A DNA stretch of 60,073 bases, filler included, from Sphacelaria rigidula (taxonomy: Eukaryota), in NCBI GenBank assembly GCA_964200075.2. It is 6 parts of 6 records of this genome, joined end to end, with 100 filler letters (N's around TTAATTAATTAA, not from the genome) between each part and the next. Parts side by side here need not be neighbours in the genome. Positions count along the whole stretch, not along the records: positions 10,031 to 19,959 come from CAXNAA020007470.1; positions 20,060 to 29,988 come from CAXNAA020007471.1; 4 more parts are not named here. One strand, 5' to 3'. Numbering within the stretch: position 1 is the first letter of the stretch; the number at the start of each line of letters is the position of its first letter. Below the pieces are notes generated by a model. It had not been told where the DNA came from and made no database searches. It saw only the letters and a program-made list of their open reading frames with translations. Shown one piece after another: positions 11,150-23,645 of this stretch. A program made the position numbers and the translations under genes.

Positions 11150-12680
11150 CTTTAGTTAGGAGTTTGTTGATACGAATAAAGACGGGTCTTGTGGCTTTCT
11201 AGTCTAGGAGGAATAATGTTCACGTGTCCAGTTTTTGAAGGACGTGACGAGGGGTGTCTGGTGTAACTCGTCGCGCGGCGAAACACTGAAATCCGTTGTT
11301 TTGAAATCGGACGGGTACTCGATCTTGGCGGAATCGATCGGGACCTTAGCTCAAGAGTTGCCTGGCCCGAAGTGAGATCGCGACGCGCTTGAGCGGTACT
11401 GACGTCATACGTCAACCCGTTCGAGTCATCGAAGCATGGAAGTCGCTGGCGTAGGATGTGACCCTCACCCGCCGTGTAGGTGGAGGTTTTGCAATAAGAG
11501 ATCGTCGACACATACCCTTATTGACGAGGGCGTTGAGCCTGTGATGCGTGGGAGGACCGCGCGCTTTCTTCACCGCATTGTGGACGATTTTTTACACCTC
11601 TCGGTCTGGTCAATACCTGCGAGGACCGCTGTCATGACTTCCACCGCAACAAGAACCCTCTTCGGGTGAAAAAAGCATGCGGTCATTCCACACACCACAG
11701 AGTCACGGATCTTCCGCGTTGTGCCTGGCGAGCACAGAGATGACCGCCGTTTTTCACTTTCCTTTCGGTATTGATTGACCCACAGAGAGCGATCGTCCCG
11801 TGAGTGTTCACCGGGTGGACAGGATGTTGTCGACGAAGAGGCTGTGCGGATGCGCGGCCGGGATCATCTTCTGCTTGGCTCTTTTCGCACGTTCAGCTAT
11901 AGCAGGTGAGTCGCGCACATATGAGTGTCGGATGTTGTCCAGATCCTGGACGTCGATCCCGGCGCTTGGTTGGAGTCCACCTTTGCGGCGCTGACTCCGC
12001 TGACGCCTCCGGCGTTCTCTTACGGTGTGTTGTGTTCCCGGCGCGTGCATGGCCGGGGAATTTTTAGCGCCCGAACCCGATTCATGTTTTTGATCTCACC
12101 ACCGCCAGGACCAACGGCCGAGGCGGTGGCACTGCGGGAAGAAGGGGGAACGACAGCCTTGGCTCCGGTGTCTTCTTCTGGAGGCTTCTTAACACGAGCA
12201 TCAGGGCAAGGTGAGCCTCTAGGGAGGGTGAGGAGGTTTGGTGGAAAATTCTGGTCGTTGCCGTGTCGTGGACGAGTATCGATGGCACGATCATGCACCT
12301 GGCGTGTTCGAGGAGCTGCTCGACGTGGGTGCCGCCGCTGGCGAGGGCCGCCGGTATCGTGTTCCTGGTCAAGGTCGCTCCCCTCCGCCGTCGTCGTTGC
12401 ATCGCACTTCCAGGTGAACAGGATGCCAGGATCCTCCGAAGGAAACGGCGCAGGAGGGGCAGAGGCAGGCGGAGAAGGAAAAGGGGGAGGAGGGGGCGGC
12501 GGAGACGTCGTCGTGGGCGCAGAGGGCGACGATTCCGTGGTGAGTGCACCACCGACCGGGCTAATATCCCGCGCGCCACGTGTTACGCGAGGCTGATCAA
12601 CCTTGATGGAGAGCCTCAATGCACCGGGTGCGTTGTCGGGTGAAGTTGTGGGCCTGTCGTGGCCAGTTGAGACCAGATAT
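11150..12680 (-). pseudogene. Decayed reading frame of unknown family (Pro-rich N-terminus, then globular-looking segments)
   Basis: Overlapping minus-strand ORFs 12020-12619 and 11808-12050 continue through frameshifts and stops into TAVISVLARHNAEDP/VCGMTACFFHPKRVLVAVEVMTAVLAGID. Confidence 0.4.
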
Positions 12681-12689
12681 CTCTTGAGT

Positions 12690-13047
12690 AATTAATGCAC
12701 CAATATTTGCGTACTCTCATATACCACACATGTGCTGAAACCACCACCGAACTAGATCCGACACATGATGCCGCACACGAACTCACGAACACATACCGAA
12801 ACCACGGAATGAAGTGGGGTACTAATACCTGGGAAAAACGCTCACGCGGAATGACATGTCATAATCCCAGATATTCGGCACACGAAAAGGCGTGTGCCGC
12901 CCCAGCAGATATGCACTCTACACTACATACGCTACGCCTTGAACAACAGAATGATCTCTTATTCGTATTTCCCCTGCACGTCATGATCCAATCCCCATAT
13001 CTTTTCCATCGTATCCAGGCAGATCCTGGAGCGTAAGTATGATCGAT
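12690..13047. repeat. LTR-like direct repeat, copy 1
   Basis: ~355 bp aligned end to end with 17250-17610 (ccaccgaactagatccgacacatgatg ... gatcctggagcgtaagtatgatcgat). Confidence 0.9.
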
Positions 13048-16000
13048 TAGCCTCCCTGCTTCCGGCTCCAGGACTGATCGTTTATCTTGAATACATGGTG
13101 CCTCATTCTAAAACGAGAAAATATGTCAGTTCATGACATAAATCCAACACTATATGACCAAGAACTGAAGAAGAAAACCCGATCCCGTCAGGAGAAGACC
13201 TCTTCAGCCACGCACAGACGTCGGAAACTCGTCTACTCTAGCAATCGAAAGCTCAAATCCTGAATATAATCAGTTCTTCGTAAGTAACCTACGCATGCTC
13301 CATTACAACAATTGTTCTCGTCAGTCAGCACAAAACAAGTAATTATAACGTGTACCAATTTTAATCATGACCAGTTCCCGACTCTTCCTTGTAACAACCA
13401 AAAATCACACATGAATGCACAGTGGACACTCTTTTTTTACTCCTCAATTCCCATGATGAAATTCGAGAAACACACTCAACCTTCTAATACTCGAAAATGT
13501 CAAGAACGCACGTTTCTCATGGTAACAAGATGCTGTCTATGTGAAATTCGATTCAACATACCGTCTACAACACGGGTCATCAGGAAGTATCTACAGTCAA
13601 CATGTCGAGTGACCGAGATATCATCCCACTGAACAATAACATGACTCCTCTGAAAAGTATGCAAAATAAAAACTGCAAGAGGAAAACTTGCAGTAGTGGT
13701 CTGTGTACCCGTTCCCTCCGAGTTGAAAAAAAAAAACAAATTCAAATCGAATCAATTCAAGTTCAAGTCGCTCAAACTCAAGGTATGCTCAAATACAAGA
13801 ATATGTAGATTTCCCATCTATCCCAACATGAGAACACAATCTGCTCGTCTTTGTACCACTTTGTATCCTACAAAAACAACATTAGCCTCCCTGATGTCGA
13901 CCATCGGTCAACTGCCTGTAATAGTTGAATGAACCCAAATCAGTGGAAACTTGCAAGCTTGGATCCTCTTGATGTCAGAACACGAAAAAATCTCCTTCGA
14001 ACCTCATTCACTCCATAGACCGTACAATATCCAGAGAAAATTCATGTACCAGTACACTCGTGCATTTCACAACGATTTGTACTGCTTATATCATCAGGGA
14101 GAAACTCGGAACATGAAACCAAACTGTGCGCATTAAAAATGTTGTAACCAAAACTAGCGATTGAAGGGGGGTATTGCACTCAGGTAGTACATGAAAACAT
14201 GAGATGGATGACCCCAGAGTCAAATATCGTGAGTTATCCTGGTGCATAGTCAGTCCCGCATGTTGAACGGCGGGTGGATAGTTTATTGCTTAGTGACACC
14301 CAAGACTAAAAACCGTTTTACTCTCGAAAGTAAACTCGAGGTTGAATCCATCCCATGCTCTTTCCGTAATTGAGAATGTCTAACCCAAAATCCAGAGCCG
14401 GTGAATCACTCTGCCGAAAATGTCGGCGCGGATCACACGAGATCAAATTCCTTTTTCAAAATCCATAACCGATCAATCAAATTATCCAAATCACCCCGCG
14501 GTGGATCATCCCATCACATGATTTTTCTCCCAAAATACTCCGCTGTGGATGACCCCATCACATGAGTTTTCCTCGTTTTAAACTACCCGAAAAGAGAATC
14601 ATGGAAGCAAATAGTCAATTCCCCCCCATTATTTTTTCGGTAACTACTAGAAACCCATCGCAATCGTGTGGAGGATCAAGGTTGGAAAATCATGACCAAA
14701 CTACGGAAGAACTTCGTAGGGCGCAGGAAACAAGAACTAAAACGAGAAAAGAAGGCAACCACGGGACGGTGCACACGGTTGACATGTCACGTTGCTGCGA
14801 ACAACGAGACGAAAGCATTCCCAATCAAATGCAAACTCCCTAAGAAACCAAATGATGAAAACCTAAATGCCAAAGCGTGTCTGGTTGCTGCCGTGGCTCC
14901 TGCTAAGCCCCCCAAGCGGTTGTGTTGTCGCCCAGGCCACGGTCGCTGTTTTCGGTTTGGCTCTTGCGGTGTCGCGGTCCGGGCTTCCGTCATTTGTGTG
15001 CACGTCCGCCTGGGTTCGAAAGCAGTTGCCTCGCCATGAAGATGATGCGTATCATCGGGGGCAGGTCACGCGTAGCGGTAGAAAATAGTCGCAGAGATGA
15101 GTCGTCCGTTGTATTTCATGCAGAAATGCGAAAAGTATTCGAATACACCGTACATCCATCACTTCAAAATTGAAATTCCTCCCCTACAAACCCCAGCGTC
15201 TTTCCCGCAAGTAACAACAAGATATACACGCAAGTATCCCAGGAGGTGGGGTAACGAGGATGAAGAGGGAACAAAAACATATCCGGTGTTGACCCTCCCC
15301 CTGTCAGATTCCCACTGGTGCGCTCTCATATACCGTTACGCTCTACAGGCAGTAAGCATGGTCAACAAACAATATGTAAAACCAAAAAAAAATCATTCAT
15401 TGGTCCGCGTTTGCCCGCAACACGAGAAATGTACCGTCATACGCCAAAATAAAGCAGACTGTAATGCGGTACCAAGCAGTGATCAGCCTGAAGTACAGTA
15501 AACAGAAAACAGTTGAGCATGACAAATGCTGCGTGAAATCATCCATGACACTTCGCAATTCCGCTTGTTTTCCAGTCTGCGCGTTCAATGTGTTTGATGA
15601 GCGTCCGATGTCCGACAACACACGAGATAATCGCAGCTCATATCACCAGCCAATGTGATCTTGCCTTCCTGTACTGTACATCGCGGTCAGTTAAATTCAC
15701 GACTTTCAATCCATGCAGTTTGGGACACAAGTAGCTGTGCATACAAGGCAACATGTCTGTATACGCAATATCTCTCGTCGAAGTGATCTCGAGTCAAGAA
15801 TGGAAGTTCAACTACCGCAGATGACGGAATATAACACCCCCTTCTACAGTCACGGGGATATCATTCTGCAGTGGAGAGGGGAAAAACCAAGGTCTCAAAC
15901 AGATGAGAATCAAAGTAGGGCACACATGCCTACACGACGAAATATGAAATTACATCCATACCCTCGGGGTTTACATGTACGGAGAATACCGCATGGATGG

Positions 16001-17249
16001 GCCGGGCACAACAGTGATCCAACAGGGAAAAAAAGGGGGATTAAAGGAAAGGGTAAAATATTGCCGACAAAAAAACAAACTAACCGTCAGCCTGCAAAAT
16101 GAATCTTCATCTCCACCTGGGATGGCGTTGTATAACACCCCCACTTCGATAGAAGCGAGGGTATACCACACTCGACGAAGCAAGATACTACACAAACCAA
16201 GTCGCAACTAGAAAAGAATGACCCACCTATCGATAACAAAACATTCTGAAGTCATCCTACTCTTGAATCATGTAGGTTGTATGAATGATTCGATGTTATC
16301 GAAGGAAGGATCAAGAGGAGAAACGTGCCTTCTTGTGCACTGTCGCTCGTGTTGGAAGTAGGGGCTTGGACCCCTGATGACGTTGACGTCCCGGAAGTGG
16401 CTTGTCCATTGGCGTTCGGATGCTAGAGTGGGTGACGCGCGTGCCGAGGGATAACTACCGCTGCCGGTCTTGGGTACCTCTTACTGCTGCTCCGGTTAGC
16501 TAAAATTCATGCCTTCTGGGATATCAGCCGAAGAGCTCTGATGTTGTCTTCGATTAAGCTGAGAAGCTCTGATGCTGTGTCCTTGATGAATCTGCTCACT
16601 GGCGTTCGGAAGCTAGAGTGGGAGACGCGCGTGCCGAGGGGTGTTTCCGCCGCCGGCCTTGAGTACCTTTCTGCTTCAGTTAGCCCTTGTCGCGCTGTAA
16701 TGCTGTCCGTTGATGATGTTGTCCTTGTTGTCTGCGGCGTATGTATGCGCGTTTCGATGCCTCTTCGTGAAATCCTTTTAAATCTCCTTGTGCGGCTGAG
16801 TAGCCTGATTGAAGCCTACGGCGTGTAAATTCCCACCAGTCGGCACATGAGCCTTGACCCAGGTTTATGCTAGCATGAGGGCTGAATCTTGTACTCAGCG
16901 CGCGGGTCTGTATGAAATATAGGTCGTGGACCTGTGTTCTTGATTCTTCGTGAGATGGGTCGTGGACCTGTGATGCTGTCGTTTCCCTTGTCGATAAAAT
17001 ATGTATATACTCTCCACCTAGTACGTGAAAATCCAGAAATATGTAGCCCCAAAAAGGGGGGCCGAGTCAATCGTAAAAAGCCACTCATACAAAAGTAACA
17101 CGTCGGGTCCTAATTCCTTGGCCACGCGCTGAGCGCGTGCCTCCAACAGATTCTTACTGCAACCAACACATCGGGTATACCTCTAATAACAGAACTGTTT
17201 CTCTCATATGCCCTTCACCCATATATCATAATCCAATCATCTTTTATAT

Positions 17250-17610
17250 AATTGATGTACCCATATTTGCCTACTCTCGTATACCACACATATGCTGGGA
17301 CGACCACCGAACTAGATCCGACACATGATGCTGCACACCGACTCACGAACACATGCCGAAACCACAAAATGAAGTGGGGTACTAATACCTGGGGAAAACG
17401 CTCATACGAAATGACATGTCATCATCCCAGATTTTCGGCACGCGAAAAGGCGTGTGCCGCCCCAGCAGATATGCACTGCAACAACTACATACGCTACACC
17501 TTAAACAACAGAATGATTTCTTACTCGTATTTCCCCTGCACGTCATGATCCAATCCCCATATCTCTTTCCTTCGTATCCAGGCAGATCCTGGAGCGTAAG
17601 TATGATCGAT
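17250..17610. repeat. LTR-like direct repeat, copy 2
   Basis: Diverged direct copy of 12690-13047. Confidence 0.9.
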
Positions 17611-18045
17611 GAAACCTATCACAGTACCATTAAACGAGGCGAATGACCTGCTGAAATACAATTCACCATAATGACTCGGGTATGGAATTCACACTACTCA
17701 ACTGTCAGTAGAAAACTGTCCATACTTTTGGACTCTTGGTACTCAACCCTTCGATGTTCTGTCGATGTGCTAACTTAACTCTCTGTACACGAGCTACACA
17801 GCAGATGAGCTATCCATTATTCTACGATGAACATCCCACATACTGCACTACCTCGGTTATTCGGATCTTGATTTTAACGATGAGCCGTTACTGGTTTTCC
17901 CGCTAACCTCGAGTATGTATATTCGCCGAACACCGTGCCGTAGCCAGCGCTGAAGGCGGCAGTGCGATTCGTCATCGTGTACCGCGCGTGTAAAGACGAG
18001 ACGAGCGCCCCACACGTCTAAGATGCTGCGGAAAAAGAGCGATGG

Positions 18046-18800
18046 GTGGACGAGTTCGTACCATATATGTTGCAGTGGTGCGACACACCGAAATCTCTCG
18101 AGATCTACGCCTTGAAGCGCGTCTGTTCCTCCCACGTCGACCCCGCGCCATGTTGCCGATACGTGTGCGGGAACTCCGTCCACGTCCCTGGCAGGAAGGA
18201 TCAAGTTGCCCCCGACACCAACGGCGGCCCCGACCGCCACGCCGGCACCAACGGCCACGCCGGCGCCGACAGCGACTCCGGCGCCGATTGCGACAACGCA
18301 GCCAACGCCAGCCCCGTCGGAGGAAGGCTTCATCATCCTTCCGATCCCTGGTGAGAAAGGAGGAGGGTCGAATCAATCGTTCGTCCCACGGTGATGCCAG
18401 GTGTCGCGATGAGTAGCGTGCAAATTTGCGGGTTGCGGAAAAACACGATGCCACGCCACCGTCGATCGGTGACTCTGCCTCGGCGATTCCTCCCGCAAGA
18501 TGCTTCCGTGCCCAGTGACCCCGTTTTACACGGCTGACCTGGTGAAAACCCTCTCGGTTTGGGCCGACCGTGTCGTCATTGTCGCTTGTCCATACGCACG
18601 GTAGGAATCCCCGGGCTCGCGATCGGCGGCGGAATTATCCAAATCGCAGATCTGGTGGTCGGCCAGACCATTGTCGTCCTCCTGGTGGACGCGACTGGAA
18701 TCCCGGTTGGGCAGGTCACCGTCGTGGTGATTTTGAATCGAAGGCTGACGGAAACGACCGGAGGAGAGCAAGCCGCCATCTCAGCGGGAAGTGAGGCGTC
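18046..18800 (+). pseudogene. Cys-rich segment, PTATPA repeats and beta-rich (C2-like second half) segment; probably frameshifted
   Basis: WCDTPK..VCSSHVDPAPCCRYVCGN changes frame into PTPTAAPTATPAPTATPAP; later CRLSIRTVGIPGLAIGGGIIQIADLVVGQTIVVLLVDATGIPVGQVTVVV. Confidence 0.4.
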
Positions 18801-19320
18801 CCGCGGTCTTCAGCTCCGGGGGGTGCTCAATGTGAGCAACGTGGTACCCACCGCGAGCTCACCATACGTGAAGAGTATCTCGATGTGGTGTTCTGTCCCC
18901 CAGGAGCATGTCCTGTGGCCCTCGAGCATAGATTGAGGCCATGTTGGCGGGAAGGTGGGAACAGGGTCTGATGATATCTGTGTCGCCAATATCGTTGTCG
19001 TTGTGCACGTTTGCGCGTAGCATGGTGGGCCGCGGTGCCACCTCTTCTCGTGGAAACTTTGATGGGGAGGACCCAGCACGATCACGAGCGCGAAGAGCAG
19101 GGCACAGGTCGGGTCGTCGTTGCTCCCGCTCATCGGTGTCAGCGATTGGGAACAGTAGCAGCCGTCTAACTGCCTCTCTGATGGTGGACACTGTGTTATA
19201 CTAGCCGAGCAAGCCCGACGAAGCAGTGGGGAGACGATGATACCAAGCCCGACTGCTACCAGCCCGCTCACGATTTGCCGTCGACCCGAATGCCGCTGTT
19301 GTTTTGTCCACGTATCGCAG

Positions 19321-19959
19321 GTGAGGATAGACATCGTTAGCGTGACGATCTACCGCCGGGGTATGCAGGTGGCCGAATCGAACCCCTTCTTGGTCGCGAC
19401 CGTCAATGGCCAGGTCGTCCTTCGCACCCCGCCTGTGTTTGGCACCTTCACTCCTGTGTGGACCCCGTCGCAGACCTTCCCTGTCTTCTGCAGGGGCGTC
19501 ACGCGCATCTGTGAGGTACAGCTGCTCCTGTTTAACGCGAACCCTCTCCCGACGCCGGCGCCAACCGCGGTGCCGACCCCGGTGCCGAGTCCGACGCCGA
19601 TGCCGTCGCCAGCCGGAACTCCCGGGAATGGCGGTAACGGCCCCGGAAATGGCGGTAACGGCCCCGGAAATGGCGGTAACGGCCCCGGGAACAGCGGTGA
19701 CGCACCCGGAAATGGCGGTAACGGGCCCGGGAATGGCGGTAACGGGCCCGGGAATGGCGGTAACGGGCCTGGAAATGGCGGTAACGGGCCCGGAAATGGC
19801 GGTAACGGGCCCGGAAATGGCGGTGACTCACCCGGAAATAGCGGTGACGCACCCGGGAACAGCGGCGACGCACCCGGGAACAGCGGCGACGCACCCGGGA
19901 ATAGCGGTGACGCACCCGGGAATAGCGGTGACGCACCCGGGAATAGCGGTGACGCACCC
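19321..19959 (+). CDS. Exon encoding a C2-like domain fragment, PT linker and Gly/Asn/Pro heptad repeats (truncated by contig end)
   Basis: atcgcag acceptor; SNPFLVATVNGQVVLRTPPVFGTFTPVW..TF resembles the C2 pattern SDPY..KT...TLNPVW..F; open to the gap. Confidence 0.6.
19621..19959 (+). repeat. 21-bp coding minisatellite, 16 units (PGNGGNG / PGNSGDA)
   Basis: cccggaaatggcggtaacggc and cccgggaatagcggtgacgca units; variation mostly at third codon positions. Confidence 0.95.
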
Positions 19960-20059
19960 NNNNNNNNNNNNNNNNNNNNNNNNNNNNNNNNNNNNNNNNN
20001 NNNTTAATTAATTAANNNNNNNNNNNNNNNNNNNNNNNNNNNNNNNNNNNNNNNNNNNN
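19960..20059. other. Artificial contig linker
   Basis: 44N-TTAATTAATTAA-44N. Confidence 0.98.
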
Positions 20060-20774
20060 CGCCGCATTCTGTTGAAAGCTCTCTACCGCGACCCGTACTG
20101 CTTGCTACATCAGATGTACATTGCCTAATGCGCACCCTGCACCTTAACACAGAATGGATGAAACTTTCGGTTTTCGTCATAACCCTGCGATTACATGGCG
20201 AATTTTCAGCAACACGCTGTTTCGTGCAGACGCCAGACACGTCATTCCTAACCAGCCTCATTTGTCGTTCTGGAGGCCCGGTCCCAAAAGGGTTAGGGTA
20301 CCAGAACGCACGTGGAGTGACGCCGCAAATAACTAATTTTGAACCAGAAATCGACAACGAACACGGAAATGAAACACTTCGGACGTTCTAGAATTTTTCC
20401 TTTGGCACAAACCTGTACGCGTCATGATGCATCACTTTCCGGCACCCTCAAGGGAAAATAGCGAATTCGGGGATAAAAATGGCCTATACCCGGATTTTCG
20501 TTACAAATTTGGGCATTCGTAGTGTTTGGCGACGCCGAGCTCGACGAGAACGTTCGTGGGGCCCTGTGCTCTCCGTTTGTTTCGAGTTACCCAACCAATT
20601 GGAATCAGTTTCGACACAATTCTCGCAAAAGTTGGCGTTCCACGGATGTGACTGAGTTACAATGAGACACGTCTGCTGCCTCCCCTACCCCTACCCCCAC
20701 ACAAAATTTTCTCCAAAATCGACAACAACGAGAACAGCAGACGCTGCTCTCAGATGGCAGCGAGTACGAAAACG

Positions 20775-21260
20775 ACTGCAATGTTGGCCTTATCTCCCTC
20801 TTGAAGATCCCATACGGTGACGTCGAAGGGCTGCATGATGTGTGCTGGGGGCGATGGAAGCTGTAACAGCTCAATATTGAGCTACAACGCCACCTTCATC
20901 ACTTCGAAGGTGAGGTGGGAGGCGAGCCCATCGAACACCAGCACGTGCGGCTTCCTGTTGCCCTTCCCGGTGTCAACAAGTCCTTCTTGAACGCCTTGAT
21001 GTAGCCAATAAACACAGGTCCCTGCATGAATGACGATTCGGTTGAAGCTTACAACGCACCAGGTGGACCCCCGCCATTAACTCACGCTGGCTGCACTCGT
21101 TACCCTTTCAAAGATATCAGCGGCGGAGTCACCTCGCCCGCCGCATTGATGGTGGCCACGACCGTGACGTTTTCGCGGGAGTTGAAACGATTCTTGCCGA
21201 CGACCTTTTGTCCTTTCTCGGCGATGACCTTCTTAGCCTTCGTCCCTTGCGGAGTAACAC
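20775..21260 (-). pseudogene. pogo/Tc5-family DDE transposase relic, exon 2 (catalytic domain)
   Basis: SRENVTVVATINAAGEVTPPLISLKG*...ESSFM...KPHVLVFDGLASHLTFEV...LLQLPSPPAHIMQPFDV matches the DDE_1 pattern (DGHxSH, QPLDV); several in-frame stops and frameshifts; cgtag acceptor at 21261-21262. Confidence 0.9.
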
Positions 21261-21954
21261 CTACGGCGAAGATATGCACGAGTGACGTATGTAGCGGGGG
21301 CGGGAGGGGGGGGAAGGGGTATTACATGATACTGCTGTGTACTACCGAGTAGTACGTCGAGTATCGGGTGGTACGCACAGTTATGGATGGGACTGGAGGG
21401 CCTAACAACCAAAAATCAGCGACAAACTAGAAATGAACATGAGTGCGGAGGAATAATGAACACGTCAGTAGGTGGTCGCACCTGTGCCGAGGCCCTCTCG
21501 AGCAGAACTCACGCTTCATCACTTACAAGCTTGATTTACTGTGGGACAGCTCCAGCACGGGAGATCGCGCGGTTCTCGACACAGGAAGCAAGCCAGCCTA
21601 CGGCACTTCCCCCCCCCCCCCCCCCGCATACACACAAGATCTAGGAGAATCCGTTTCACATTTTCCTGGCGTCGCGCCAGCAACAAGAAAACCCCCTCCC
21701 AGAGCGCAAAACACCTCATTTTTGTACGTTTGGGTCTAATGCGGCTCAGTACCACGCTCAAACGAAAAAGTGAATTAGGTTGACCTAACTTGGGTGTGTG
21801 GGAAGCGCACGCAAGAAACGGCAGTCCAATCCTCTGCTTCGTCACCGAGTCCTACGCGTTGCGCGATCGGCACTTTTGCGTTGAGGATTAGTGTCTAGCG
21901 CTACGAGTACTTTAGTAGAGGTCCAACATCGCAAAGGAAAAAAAAATCGGTGCG

Positions 21955-22750
21955 CATGTTGTTTTTTCTCGCCGCAAGTTGTCACGACGTGCAGTTTGGT
22001 TGCGTGTCGGCAGACGCTGCTGCTTGGTTCTGTGCGGCTGTGCACAACAGGCATGTTCGCCTTTTAACAGCGAGTATCCCTTGAAGTGTCGAGTTTCAGA
22101 GGGGGAGTTCACGCAAGAAAGACAAAGCTAGCGGCTGCTTCGTGTCAGAGCTCCAGGGCAGAAGCCGAGACGTCTGGAGCGATTGTAGTACTTGCACCGC
22201 CTTACAGCTGCTAGCGACTGTTGCAATCATGTGCTTTGTAACTGTTTGCTTATATATACTAATATATGAGAGATGCAAACTATGCGACGGTCGACAGCTT
22301 TCGTTTTGGGCTGCATATTTTTTTTTCTCGCAGCGAGCAGTGTGTGACGGTGTTTCACTTTGTGGCGTGCCGCCAGGTGCTGCTTCGTTTTGTACGGCTG
22401 TGCACAATAAGTAAATTGGCCTTTCAACAGCGAGTACTCATCATCTAATGAGTCGCAGAGGGCGACGTTGCACATGAACTTCGGCTGTTGGATCTGAGGG
22501 TTCCAGCGGAGAAACCAGGGCGTCAAGCGCGATTTTTATTTTAGACTACACGCTGACTATATATGAACAGGTTAGCAGCGCCACCATATTTCAACTGACT
22601 GACTGTACATACCAAAAATAATATGTAAACCATGCGATTTACACCAACTTACATCTTCGACCAGATGCTATTTTTTGGCACCAATGTCACGACATTTGCT
22701 TTGGTGGCGGTCCGCCTGTGCTGCTCTGTTCTGTGAGGATGTGTACGAAG
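21955..22750. repeat. Three diverged copies of a ~110-bp unit at ~350-360 bp spacing
   Basis: ttttttctcgc..gtcacgac..gctgctt..ttctgtgcggctgtgcacaa..aacagcgagta at ~21963, ~22323 and (weaker) ~22670. Confidence 0.6.
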
Positions 22751-23645
22751 GACAACCTCACTTATCATGAGCGAATGCCCTTTCACCCCTTGGCTTGTAG
22801 GGGACGAGTTCACCGATGAAACACGGCCGTCTTGTGATGGACCCTTTCGAGAGAGAACCCAAGGGATGCGCGACGCTGCTGCGCTCATGGTATCCAAATT
22901 TCCGTACTCTCTCGTTCTAGCACGATGTCAGGCACGCCTTTCACTGCAGATGAGTTGGTGTGTGGCGGCCACAAGTGCTGCTGTTCGTCTTCTTGTCTTG
23001 TTATATTCGCAATGGTGGTGAACGTGGGGTGGCAGCTCGGGCGCGTGCGCTTCCCGAGTAGTACAGCAGCTGAACACTAGGGCACCAAGAATCTGCACCC
23101 ACTGATCTGGAGCGAGTTATGCGAAAGAACAAGATCATTTCAACACCGAGCACTTATAGGCTTGAAGATATGTACCATGTTTATAGTACATTTCATATGA
23201 GCCAGGTCGTTGTTTCTAGGTGACGCATGCTTCTTTTTTTTAATATGATTCATCTGATAACGGTCCAGCTCTTACGCATATAGCGTTCGTGATCCATTTT
23301 CCTGAAATATAGTACCCAAAATCGGGCCCCAGCCCCACCCATAACAGCACTGGCACCACCTCTGATGACGGTACTTGCAACACCTCTACAGACAGTATAC
23401 ACTGTACCTCTATAAAGAGTGAGTACAATAAACAGAATGCGCCGAGACAGGAATACGACACGCGGAGGAGACAAACGCCAAGTAAGTGCTGCCTAGGCTA
23501 AGATACGGCGAGAATAATACCGTTTCAAACGCAGCATAATTTAGAGCAGACGAACACCACTCCGCAGCAGCAGTCTCTGGCTCTAGCTCTAGACACATGC
23601 GCTGTATCACATGAAGGGAACAGCCCTTAACAGACTGTAAAGCGC

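Larger units (their letters stand above)
12690..17610 (-). mobile_element. Degenerate, internally deleted LTR retrotransposon-like element (possibly copia-derived)
   Basis: Two direct repeats around 4.2 kb; purine tract GGAAGCAGGGAGG on minus strand next to the 13047 end; decayed IFDSGVIHLM protease-like motif at ~14203-14230; no RT or integrase recognised; termini not canonical TG..CA. Confidence 0.5.

Noticed and set aside
22760..23000. Second transposase HTH fragment
   Set aside because: Weak resemblance spread over mixed frames; the convincing HTH lies at 23646-24146.
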